64,000 nucleotides of DNA from Terriglobia bacterium (GTDB lineage: Bacteria > Acidobacteriota > Terriglobia > 2-12-FULL-54-10), in contig CAXVYR010000004.1 of NCBI GenBank assembly GCA_963666975.2, positions 1,888,001 to 1,952,000 of the forward strand, written 5' to 3'. Numbering within the stretch: position 1 is the stretch's first letter; every line of letters starts with the position of its first letter. Made by a program: the position numbers and the translations under genes. The notes under the pieces were generated by a model. That model did no database searches. It was given only the letters and a program-made list of their open reading frames with translations, and was not told the DNA's origin. This document shows positions 8,054-17,381 of the stretch, piece by piece.

Positions 8054-10478
8054 GGTTCCTGCGACCTCCTCATCTGAAATGGCATGCTCTTGGCTGTAGC
8101 CAGAATGAGCGACGACCAGCGGTAGTCGCTGGCAGCCACCTCCCGCATGATCCTCCGGATGGCCGGACCATCGGTATACTCGACCCCGCGGCCCAGGGCA
8201 TACGTCAGAAGTCTTTCGGTGACTGTGGTGACAAATTGTTCCCGGCGTTTCAGCAGCAACACCTTCCGAAGCCCAGCCGGGCCCTGAAACTCGGTGCCGT
8301 CGGGGAGCACCCCCGAGGAATCGATTGGGGCGTCGGCATCGGTGTCTCGCCACCTGCCAATCCCGTCAAAGTTTTCCAGAGCGAAGCCCAGCGGGTCCAT
8401 CACCTTGTGGCAACTCGCGCAAACGGGATTCGCGCGGTGCTGCTCCATCTGCTGGCGCATCGAGAGAATCTTGCCCTCCTCGTTGCGTTGCTTCAGTTCC
8501 GGAATGTTTGGCGGGGGCGGCGGGGGCGGCGCGCTCAGGATGTTTTCCAGCACCCACTTGCCGCGCTGCACCGGAGAAGTCCTGTTGGCGTACGACGTCA
8601 CGGTCAGGATACTTCCCTGGCCCAGCAATCCCCCTCGGTTCTCATCGCTCAATTGCACGCGCCGAAAATGGCTGCCATAAATATTCGGAATCCCGTAGTG
8701 CCGGGCCAGACGCTCATTGACGAACGTATAGTCCGCATTCAACAGCTCCAGCGCGCTGCGATCCTCGCGCAGCAGACTTTCAAAGAAAAGCTCCGTCTCC
8801 TGCTGGAACGCCTCCCGCAGGTTATCGTCGAAATAGGGAAACACCTCCGGGTCCGGCGACGCCGAGCGCAGATTGCGCAGAAACAGCCACTGTCCGGCGA
8901 AATTGCTCACCAGAGCCTTGGAGCGGGAATCGGCAAGCATCCGCTGTACCTGCTGCTCCAACATCGCAGGATCTTTGAGCTGGCCGCGTTCGGCCAAGCC
9001 TAGAAGCTCGTCGTCGGGAATGCTGCTCCAGAGGAAAAATGACAAACGCGAGGACAGTTCCAAGTCGCTGATGCGGTAGACGGCGCCCGGCGCCACGTTC
9101 GCCGGATCGGGTTCGATGCGGAACAGGAACTCCGGGCCAACCAGTATTCTTTCGAGCGCCGTACCGATCCCCGCTTCGAAGCCTCCCTCGCTCCGGCCGG
9201 CGCGGTAGAAGCTCATCAAAATCTGGGTATCTTCGTCCGTAAGAGACCGACGATACGCGCGACGCGCCAGCGTGGAGAGAATCTTTTCGGCGCAGGGCTC
9301 AGCTTCCTCTCCGGCTTCCGGGCGGCACAGAAAAATCTTGCGGCGGCTGGCTGTTTCGCCCAGCCCTTTAGCGTCGTAGGGTCCGCCGATAGCGACACTG
9401 GCCACCGCCGGCTCGCCGCCCTTATATTGAGCAAAGTCATACTGCGCCATCCGGGGCCGAAGCGGACTTTCCGGAACCGTGGTTTCTTTCAGGAAGGAGA
9501 CCGCTACCAGCCGCGTACCCGCTTTCGCAGGGAAACGGACCTCTAAAGCCTCATCCGCCGTGCGCTCGTATTGTTCTTGCGCGAGGTCCCCCACGTTGGC
9601 CGATGAAAAAAGCGCGGACGGCCTGCCCTTGCGCTCGCCCCCAATTGTGAATTGCTGGATTCTTGCGCCATCCAGGCGGACATCGAGCTGGTGGGGCTCG
9701 CCGAGGCCGCGGATATAAGCCCTGCTGTTCTTTTGCAGGCGGATTCTGAGGATGTATTCGCCATCGAGCGGGAAGTGATGGCGAATCGCGGTTCCGCCAC
9801 GCGTTCCAAACGGGAGGTCATCGCCCATACGGTCATCCTGCATCATGTACTTGGGAACATTGTAGGTCTCAACAGACGGAAGGACAGCGGAATCTCCAAT
9901 GGCCAGGCGGCTGATCTTCCGTCCCGCCGACATGTATCGTTCCAGCAGCAGCGGCGAAACCGTCAGGACATCGCCAACGTTGTCAAAGCCGTACCTGGAA
10001 TCATCAGCGGGAAGCAGCGCCCCCCCCCATCGATTTCGACCGCCAGCAGGTCGCGGATGGCATTCGCGTATTCGGCGCGGTTGAGGCGCTGGATGGACGG
10101 CCTGCCGGGATTCGGATTGGCCGCGGCGGCGCGATCAAGCTCCGTCTCCAGGTACGTGGCGAAGGAATCGTAGGTGGCCGGATCGGGACGCGGCAGGCCG
10201 GATGGGGGCATCGCGCTGGTCCGCAGTTTCCGTATCACTTTTTCCCACACCTCGGCGCCTTTGCTGACTTTCTCAATATCTATCTTCTCAAGCGTAAGGC
10301 CCGCCGTCCGGAGCTTCTCGTTGTGGCATGTGACACAGTAACGATCGAGAACCGCGCGGAATTGTGTGGCGGATGGCGCGGCGGGACTCGATGGCTGCTG
10401 GTTAGCTGCCGGAAGGTAGCTGGCCGTGGCCAGCGCAATTGCTATCCAGCAAGAGATCGTTTTCGACGGTCTTAACAT
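8050..10478 (-). CDS. DUF1592/1587/1588/1595/1585 protein with c-type heme motifs (frameshift in C9 run at 10020-10028)
   Basis: CVTCH, RLNRAEYANAIRDLL, SRLSFFLWSSIPDDELL, TSPVQRGKWV, CASCH motifs spread over two frames. Confidence 0.9.
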
Positions 10479-10610
10479 TGAAATCAATCCCTCAGATACC
10501 GCCAGCGAGAAGGAATATGATTAGCCGGACTATAGCAAGCAACTCAAGCATTTTCAAGGGGAAACGGCCTCGCCGGCCGCCCTGCCAGCTGCGCGGGTGG
10601 ACACACCCCC

Positions 10611-10650
10611 AGCCTGCCCTGAGCGCAGCCGAAGGGAGCGAAGCCGAAGG
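10611..10650 (-). repeat. REP-B repeat
   Basis: AGCCTGCCCTGAGCGCAGCCGAAGGGAGCGAAGCCGAAGG; same family as ~12952-13013, 16042-16105 and 44088-44184. Confidence 0.85.
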
Positions 10651-10699
10651 ATCTGCAAGCGGACACCAAACGCTAGGCGACTGAACCAGGTTTCGGGGG

Positions 10700-10726
10700 C
10701 GCTCCATTACTGTCGCGGCTCGGATT
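10700..10726 (-). repeat. REP-A copy
   Basis: Reverse complement AATCCGAGCCGCGACAGTAATGGAGCG is identical to 48967-48993. Confidence 0.9.
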
Positions 10727-10985
10727 ACTGCGTCGGCACTCGGCGTTTCAACTCTTCAAACCAGTTGAGCACGACGTGAATTGCGTCGCCGCCTGCTCGT
10801 TTGGTTTGACCATCAGGAACCGCTGCCCGTCGGGTGTGACATCGTAGTTTGCCCAAGACGTGGGGCTCCTCTCGTACCTTTCCTCGAAGAGCAGCCTGGG
10901 TTTGCTCGCAGTGAAGGTTGGCTCGGTCGTGATGTCAACTGCCATCATGTGGTCACCATTTATACTGCGGTAGAACAGCTCCCGC
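10725..10985 (-). pseudogene. C-terminal remnant of a Ser/Thr kinase with TolB/PD40 propeller
   Basis: ELFYR..MMAVDI..KPRLLFE..NYDVTPDGQRFLMV, then after a frameshift HVVLNWFEELKRRVPTQ*; upstream part missing. Confidence 0.7.
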
Positions 10986-11155
10986 CTAATTGAAAATATT
11001 GGTGAAAGATTACATGAGGGGAGATGGAAAATCAATCGGCGTCAGGAGACTCCCGGCCCAATGACAGGAACGGGTCACCAAGCCCATCTCTAACGGCACA
11101 ACTGGAACCACAACTGGAACAATGATCTGAACAGCAGAGCTTCAATCCCGCCTTC

Positions 11156-12178
11156 TTACTCCAAGGCCACTTCGACCTCAATGCGGTGGTGGCCGGTGGC
11201 GCCATCCGGCCAGGGGCTGGCTTCTTCGGCTGTTTGCACTTCCCCGCGTCCGTTCACAGCGCGCATCCACAGGGTGTGCTTACCAGAGACCAGGGGCTGC
11301 CACTCGTACCGCCAGAAGGTCCAGACATACGGCGAGGGATTGCTGACGATCTCGGCCGGTTGCCAGGAAGCTCCTTCGTCGTCGCTCACCTCGACGCGCT
11401 CGATTCCGGAGGCGTCAGCGACGGCGTAGCCTGCCAGCAGAAAACGCTCGCCGGAAAGCCTGGCTCCGTCACCGGGGCTGTCCACCACGCTGCGGGTCTG
11501 GCGCTCGGCGGTGTCGGACCAGCCTTTCCGCTCCCAATAGCCCAGTTGATGCTCGGCCAAGAATTCGATACCGGAAAGCCACTTCGGCTGTTTCATCCCG
11601 TACTTGCCGGGGAAAAAGACCCGCAGCGGGTAGCCATGCGCGCGCGGCAGCGGCTCGCCATTCATCTCGCAAGCCAGGAAATTATCTTCCCAGAGAAGGC
11701 GTTCGAGCGGGAGGCCGGTGGATAAGCCGTCGGCGGCGTGCAGAAGCGCGGCCGTGGCCTCCGGCTTGGGACGCGCCAACTCCAGCAAGGGCCGCAAAGC
11801 GGTCCCGCGCCAGCGGGCGTTGCCAATCCACGGCCCTCCAATGCGATTCGAGATGCATTCCAGCGTCAGAGCGCGCTCCAGTTGGGGTAGGTCTTTGATC
11901 TGGTCCAAAGTCAGCGAAAGGGGATTTCCCACCAGGCCGTTGATGTTCAGTCGCCACTGAGCCGGATCGATGTGGGGGGCCGACCCTTTGGAAGTAACGT
12001 AGAAGTCGCCGTTGGAGGTGATGGCTTCGAGCGCCGCCCGCTCGCCCAGCAACAGGTAATCTTCCACATGGATGCGGCGGGAAGGAGGCACGGGCCTGAA
12101 TTTATTGTAGAGCGTCATCAGCGCCACAAACCATGCGCTCCCTGCGACGCTCACGATAATGAAACGCCTGCGGTCCAT
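11156..12178 (-). CDS. Sulfite oxidase-family molybdopterin oxidoreductase
   Basis: TLECISN (Mo-ligand Cys), IGNARWRG, MNGEPLPRAHGYPLR, GKYGMKQPKW; RRRF Tat-like start. Confidence 0.9.
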   Translation of the reverse strand: MDRRRFIIVSVAGSAWFVALMTLYNKFRPVPPSRRIHVEDYLLLGERAALEAITSNGDFYVTSKGSAPHIDPAQWRLNINGLVGNPLSLTLDQIKDLPQLERALTLECISNRIGGPWIGNARWRGTALRPLLELARPKPEATAALLHAADGLSTGLPLERLLWEDNFLACEMNGEPLPRAHGYPLRVFFPGKYGMKQPKWLSGIEFLAEHQLGYWERKGWSDTAERQTRSVVDSPGDGARLSGERFLLAGYAVADASGIERVEVSDDEGASWQPAEIVSNPSPYVWTFWRYEWQPLVSGKHTLWMRAVNGRGEVQTAEEASPWPDGATGHHRIEVEVALE

Positions 12179-12940
12179 TCGGTCTCCCTAATGTACAAGC
12201 AGCCGGAAAAACACCCTGGCTCCCGTCAGCAAAGACTGCCCTATGCCTCAATGATGCCACACACGGTTGCCGTCAATCCTGCGCTTGATTGGAAATATTT
12301 TGGGGAGACTACCCGATGTGAGAGGGCAGATCAATTGAGGGCAGAGGACAACGGAAGGAGATCAATATGAGATTGTGTTGACAGGAGAGCTGGCGTAAGA
12401 TTCTATGCAAATTATTAGATTGAAACCGCTATTTTCGCTACGGTGCGGCGGGTTTTAACTGGCACGGTTGCTGTTCTGTTTACAAGCTTTCATCGGCATA
12501 AAAATCCAGCAGGAAATTTCTTGAAGAGAAGATGTTGAACCATGTTGTTCAGTTCCATACGAAGCAGCCTATGGGTGGTGTGTCTTCTCGCTTGTCCAAC
12601 CGCTGGCGCTTGCCTCCTTTCAGGCTCCGGAAGAAGCGTCCACGCAGAGCAGTCAGCCGGCGTCCCCGGTCGCGGCACCGACGGAACCATCGGCAATAGA
12701 TTCCGGAGACACGGCCTGGTCGTCGATCTCCGCGTCGGCGCGGATGATGATGAGGATGACGGTCTGGATATTTCCCAGCACGGCGAAAGCGGCTATAACT
12801 GGGAGGCAGGATTCCCATGGGAATGTGGAGTTCCGCCCGCCGGCGGGGCTCCGTAAATCCTGCCCCCATCCTGGAGCATAAAACCGCTGGGATCTGCACG
12901 TATGAAGAAACCAGACCATTTTTACAGTTAGTGTGCAGTC

Positions 12941-13051
12941 GGAGCCGCGAGAGCCTGCCCTGCCTGCCCTGAGCGTAGCCGAAGGGAGCGAAGCCGAAGG
13001 GAGCGAAGCCGAGGGGTGAGGGAGCGGACAAATGGTGTTTTTCAACAACCT
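12941..13051 (+). repeat. Composite repeat: REP-A split by a REP-B array, plus tail
   Basis: GGAGCCGCGA | REP-B array | GTGAGGGAGCGG ACAAATGGTGTTTTTCAACAACCT. Confidence 0.8.
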
Positions 13052-13135
13052 ACTAAGCCCAGGCGTCGGAGGGCAGGGCGGTCGCGGCTCGGGCACGGTA
13101 GATAGCAACTGGAGAACCGCTCCAGCCAATTCTTA

Positions 13136-13534
13136 TTACTTGAAGCGCACAGTTACACTGCTTCGACCTTCTCGAACGGCGCGCAGCAGCCGGACCCACA
13201 GCGTTTTCTTCACCACTGTGCGGAAGGCAGGCGCCAGGCATAGAAAGCCCAGAGCATCGGTGAGGATTCCCGGCGTGAGGAGCAACGCGGCTGCCAGCAA
13301 GATGATCACGCCGTCCACGATGGGCCCGGCCGGCAGCCCCCCGGCATCGATCTCGCTGCGCACCTGCTGCAATGTACGCAACCCTTGCCGGCGCGCGAGG
13401 AAGGCGCCTAAGGCTCCCGTGCATGCGATCAGCGACAACGTAGCCAGAGTGCCGATGTGCCGGCCCACTTCAATGAGAAGAGCCAACTCCACAGCCGGAA
13501 CAAGAATAAAGAGTACCAGCAGCTTGCCAATCAT
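13136..13534 (-). CDS. fxsA: FxsA family membrane protein
   Basis: PAVELALLIEVG, LARRQG, LLLTPGILTDALG motifs. Confidence 0.9.
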   Translation of the reverse strand: MIGKLLVLFILVPAVELALLIEVGRHIGTLATLSLIACTGALGAFLARRQGLRTLQQVRSEIDAGGLPAGPIVDGVIILLAAALLLTPGILTDALGFLCLAPAFRTVVKKTLWVRLLRAVREGRSSVTVRFK

Positions 13535-13772
13535 CTTCAGCCATTATATACGGCCAGTGAAAGTAGCACGGCTACTCAAATGCTCAATCCTAGCTTGCCA
13601 ACTGGAGCAATTGCCGGAGGGGCAGGCAACATAAAATCCAGAAGAACCCAACTCTAAGCACGTCGCTCGATAGGAGCATTCCGATTGCTATAGCAAAGGG
13701 CTGTTATCGGCAGGAAGGGATAGACGCGCCAGCAGCGGCAATAGCGGCTTCCCGTGTGTGAAGAGGCCGTCC

Positions 13773-15692
13773 TTAAAGCGACCGCCCGCGCAACAATCGC
13801 AGCGCGTCGGGCTCCGCGTTGCCATCTGCGTTCTCCGCAGCGCCGGCTGACGGTGCGACAGCACCGCCTTCCCCGGGCGACAGGAACAGGTTCGCCTCGA
13901 GGCCGTGCTGTTTGGTGTAAAGCTCGTAGTAACGTCCTCGCGCTGCATAGAGCGACTCGTGCGTGCCGTGCTCGAGGATGCTGCCGTCCTCGAGGACAAG
14001 AATCTGGTCCGCGCGCCGGATCGTGGACAATCGATGGGCGATGACGAAAGTAGTGCGCCCGCGCATCAGGTAGGCGAGACCTTCCTGAATGAGTTCCTCC
14101 GATTCCGAATCAAGGCTGGAAGTCGCCTCATCCAGAATCAAGATGCGCGGATCGGCCAGCACGGCGCGCGCTATGGAAACGCGCTGGCGTTGCCCGCCGC
14201 TCAGCTTGACGCCGCGCTCGCCAATCACGGTGTCGTATTTATGATCGAAGCGTTCTGCAAACTCATCCACCCGCGCGATGCGGCACGCGGCGAGGATCTG
14301 ACCGTCACTCGCTTCGGGAAAGGAAAAAGCCACGTTCTCGCGAATCGTGCCGTCAAACAGGAACGAATCCTGCAACACCACGCCCAAATGCGCGCGAAAA
14401 GAATCCAGGCGGACCGTCGCCAGGTCCACGCCGTCCACCAGCACATGCCCCTCCTGCGGCACGTGAAACGCCGCAATCAGGCCGGTCACCGTGGATTTGC
14501 CCGAGCCCGAGGAGCCCACCAGCGCCGTCACCGTGCCTGGACCCGCGCGAAAAGACACGTCGTGCAGCACGGTCCTGTCCGCTTCGTACGCGAAGCGGAC
14601 ACGGTCGAATTCGACCTCACCCTCGATCTCGCGCAGCACTGCGGTGCGGCGCGGGTCTTCGTCCTCGGGGCGTTCTCGCAACACTTCGCGGGTCCGCTCC
14701 AGGCCGGCAATCGCTTCGGTCAACTGCGTGCCGATGCCCACGACTTGAAACAGCGGCGCCACCAGGAAACCGAGGAATACGGTGTATGTAAAAAACCCGC
14801 CAAGCGTAAGCGCGCCGCTCAGCACCTGACGCACGCCGAGAAACATCACGAGCGCGCCCACGACACCCATCAGCGCGGTCGAGGCAAAGGAGAGGGCCGA
14901 CATCGCCGTCAGCGAGCGAAAAACATTGTCGAGCAGCCGTTCCACACCGCCCGCGAACACCCTGTGTTCCCGCGCTTCCGCGTGATAGCCCTTCACCACG
15001 CGCACGCCCCCCAGCGACTCGGTGAGCCGCCCGGTGACCTCCGCGTTGATTTTGGCGCGCTCGCGAAAAATGGGCCGGATAGTGCGGAATGCCTTGCGCA
15101 GCGCAACTCCAAAAATGAGCAGGAATGCAAAGGCCATGCCCGTCATCAATGGGCTGATGCCTACGAGAACCACAAGAGCGATGGCTGCCGTGAGCAAGCC
15201 GCCCGCGAACTGGACCAGCCCCGTGCCGATCAGGTTACGCACGCCTTCTACGTCGCTCATAATCCGCGACACCAGCGCGCCCGACTTGTTGGCGTCGTAA
15301 TAGGCCACCGGCAGCCGCCCCACGTGCTCCTGCACCTTGCAGCGCAGCTCGGCGATCAACTTTTGCGCCGCCTTCGAAAGAGTTTGCGTCAGAGCATATG
15401 ACGTTGCTCCCTGCACCAGCGTGGCCAGCAGCACGGCGGCCACCAGCGGCAGAAGCAGTTGTATTTGCCGCTCGCCGATAATGTCGTCAATCAGGAATTT
15501 CGTCGAGGCAGGCAGCACCAGCCCGGAGACGCGGTTGACGGCCATCAGCGCGAAGCCTGCCGCCAGCAGTCGCCGGCGCGGCCGCAGCAACTCCCAGATT
15601 TCTGGAAGCGCCGCGATCATCTCACGAGGGCTTTTCTTTGGTTTGGTTTTTTCCGGTTTAGTTTTCTCCGGCTTGGTTTTCTCCTCGTCCAT
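13773..15692 (-). CDS. ABC exporter, fused permease/ATPase (MsbA/Sav1866-like)
   Basis: TM domain plus GSSGSGKS, LSGGQRQR, ILDEATSSLD, IAHRLST; GGAGAG RBS before ATG 15692. Confidence 0.93.
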   Translation of the reverse strand: MDEEKTKPEKTKPEKTKPKKSPREMIAALPEIWELLRPRRRLLAAGFALMAVNRVSGLVLPASTKFLIDDIIGERQIQLLLPLVAAVLLATLVQGATSYALTQTLSKAAQKLIAELRCKVQEHVGRLPVAYYDANKSGALVSRIMSDVEGVRNLIGTGLVQFAGGLLTAAIALVVLVGISPLMTGMAFAFLLIFGVALRKAFRTIRPIFRERAKINAEVTGRLTESLGGVRVVKGYHAEAREHRVFAGGVERLLDNVFRSLTAMSALSFASTALMGVVGALVMFLGVRQVLSGALTLGGFFTYTVFLGFLVAPLFQVVGIGTQLTEAIAGLERTREVLRERPEDEDPRRTAVLREIEGEVEFDRVRFAYEADRTVLHDVSFRAGPGTVTALVGSSGSGKSTVTGLIAAFHVPQEGHVLVDGVDLATVRLDSFRAHLGVVLQDSFLFDGTIRENVAFSFPEASDGQILAACRIARVDEFAERFDHKYDTVIGERGVKLSGGQRQRVSIARAVLADPRILILDEATSSLDSESEELIQEGLAYLMRGRTTFVIAHRLSTIRRADQILVLEDGSILEHGTHESLYAARGRYYELYTKQHGLEANLFLSPGEGGAVAPSAGAAENADGNAEPDALRLLRGRSL

Positions 15693-15814
15693 ATCTCTCC
15701 TATTAGAGCATGTTCCGGTGTTTTTCGTACCGCGTCGTCTCGGCGGAGCAGCTATATCGTTTTCGCAAATGGTGGAGACTGCTCCGCCATCGGGACCAGG
15801 CATTCTCTTTGGCG

Positions 15815-15929
15815 GTCATCCTGAGCCATTCGGCTGCGCTCAGGGTAAACTCCGCGACGAAGGATCTGCTTTGGTACGCGGGGATGGGTCCTTTCCCGGC
15901 TGAAAAGCAGATTCCTCGCTGCGCTCGGC
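15815..15929. repeat. REP-like element (GTCATCCTGAGC..GGATCT..AGATTCCTCGCTGCGCTCGG) containing a REP-B unit
   Basis: Related to 33428-33477; imperfect inverted arms. Confidence 0.65.
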
Positions 15930-16032
15930 TGCAACGGCGTATGGACGAACATGGAAAGTGGACCAATAACCGGGGGCAGGTCATGAGGGAGCGGACACAA
16001 CCGCACAGCAAATTCTCGGCTGTGTTTGACTG

Positions 16033-16126
16033 CTCGCTGCTCCCTTCGGCTTCGCTCCCTTCGGCTATGCTCCCTTCGGCTTCGCTCAGGGCAGGCAGGG
16101 CAGGCGGGACAGGCGCGCGCGGCTCG
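16033..16126 (+). repeat. REP-B array (3 x 15 bp) nested in the REP-A partner arm
   Basis: CTCGCTGCTC, then CCTTCGGCT(T/A)(C/T)GCTC x3, AGGGCAGGCAGGGCAGGC, then GCGCGCGGCTCG. Confidence 0.75.
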
Positions 16127-16221
16127 CCGGACCGAAGGTCCTCTGGACCGCAGGCAGGCTCGGATTGAATTTACGAACCCCTGGCAAACTAAAAGTGCCC
16201 ATCTGCCGTGGCCACCCGCTT

Positions 16222-16250
16222 TTGACAATCCAAATTGGAATGGATAGGAT
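16222..16250 (+). promoter_or_regulatory. Putative sigma70 promoter of uppP
   Basis: TTGACA-N17-TAGGAT. Confidence 0.6.
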
Positions 16251-16374
16251 GAGGCCATGAAGCAACGGCGGATTCGCAAGACAAGCGAAATCCCTTTGTC
16301 TGACCTTACAACTCTTCTCAAAGCCCGCCTTCCGCTCATTTTGCCGGTCATCCTGGAGATCTGAAACCCAGCCC

Positions 16375-17223
16375 ATGCCTCTCATCCAGGTTCTCGTTCT
16401 GGCCATCGTACAAGGCATCACGGAATTTCTGCCGATCAGCAGCACGGCGCACCTTATCCTGTTTCCCTGGTTTCTCCATTGGGAAGACCCGGGCCTGACC
16501 TTCAACGTCGCCCTCCATGTGGGCACCCTGCTGGCCGTGCTGGTGTATTTCCACAAGACGTGGATCGATCTGTTGCTCGAGGGATTTGGTAAGAAGCCTC
16601 TGTTTGCCGGAGCCCACTCCCCTTCGGCAAACGCCCTGCCAACGGGGGAGAATCACAGCCGGGCGTTGTTTTGGTATCTGGTGGCCGCCACCATTCCTGC
16701 GGCGGTTGCCGGCTGGGTTTTTCATGACCAAGTCGCCACCACCTTGCGTCACCCTGTGGTGATCGGCTGCGCTTTGGTTTTGGTGGCTGCGGTGATGGCC
16801 CTGGGAGAAAAGATGGGCAGTCAACAAAAGAGCCTCCGCTCCGCAGGCTTGCGCGACTCTCTCTGGATCGGGTTCTCGCAAGCTCTGGCTCTGGTTCCAG
16901 GGGTTTCCCGCTCCGGCATCACCATGACCGCCGGTATGTTTCGAGGTTTGCGCCGGGAGGACACGGCCCGTTTTTCCTTTTTGCTCTCGACCCCTATCAT
17001 GGCAGGGGCCGCTTTGAACGAGTTCCTGGGGATTCGCGACCACGGCATCCCGCCGGAAATGCGGCTGCCCTTCCTGCTGGGAATTGCTGTTTCCGCCTTG
17101 GTTGGATACGCCGTGATTGCGTTCTTTCTTCGGTTCCTGGCGTTGGGGACCTTTAAGATTTTTATTTACTACCGCGTAATATTTGGGATAATAGTACTGA
17201 CTCTGGCGTTTTTCTTTCCATAG
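16375..17223 (+). CDS. uppP: Undecaprenyl-diphosphate phosphatase
   Basis: QGITEFLPISSTAH, PGVSRSGIT, ARFSFLL motifs. Confidence 0.95.
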   Translation: MPLIQVLVLAIVQGITEFLPISSTAHLILFPWFLHWEDPGLTFNVALHVGTLLAVLVYFHKTWIDLLLEGFGKKPLFAGAHSPSANALPTGENHSRALFWYLVAATIPAAVAGWVFHDQVATTLRHPVVIGCALVLVAAVMALGEKMGSQQKSLRSAGLRDSLWIGFSQALALVPGVSRSGITMTAGMFRGLRREDTARFSFLLSTPIMAGAALNEFLGIRDHGIPPEMRLPFLLGIAVSALVGYAVIAFFLRFLALGTFKIFIYYRVIFGIIVLTLAFFFP

Positions 17224-17381
17224 GGAGTAGTCTTAAAAACAGAGGGGATTGTTGTCTCCCTTCGATCCGGCCCCTGCGCTATCTCCCGGCGGCCTGCTTT
17301 CTCTCCAATAAATTGAAAATAATGGCTTTGCAGTTTTCCGGACGGCCTGGAATACCGCAGGCTGGGGGCAAAGAGTAACTT

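Noticed and set aside
12459-12475. Sigma54 promoter TGGCACG
   Set aside because: The -12 position reads GT instead of GC
13905-15401. Long antisense ORFs (also 25872-27164, 45612-47408, 28398-29534)
   Set aside because: Shadows of well-supported genes in high-GC DNA, with no recognisable motifs
12941-16126. 15-bp repeat arrays as CRISPR or as real LPSAS/SRRE repeat proteins
   Set aside because: No unique spacers; the ORFs are translations of intergenic REP-B arrays
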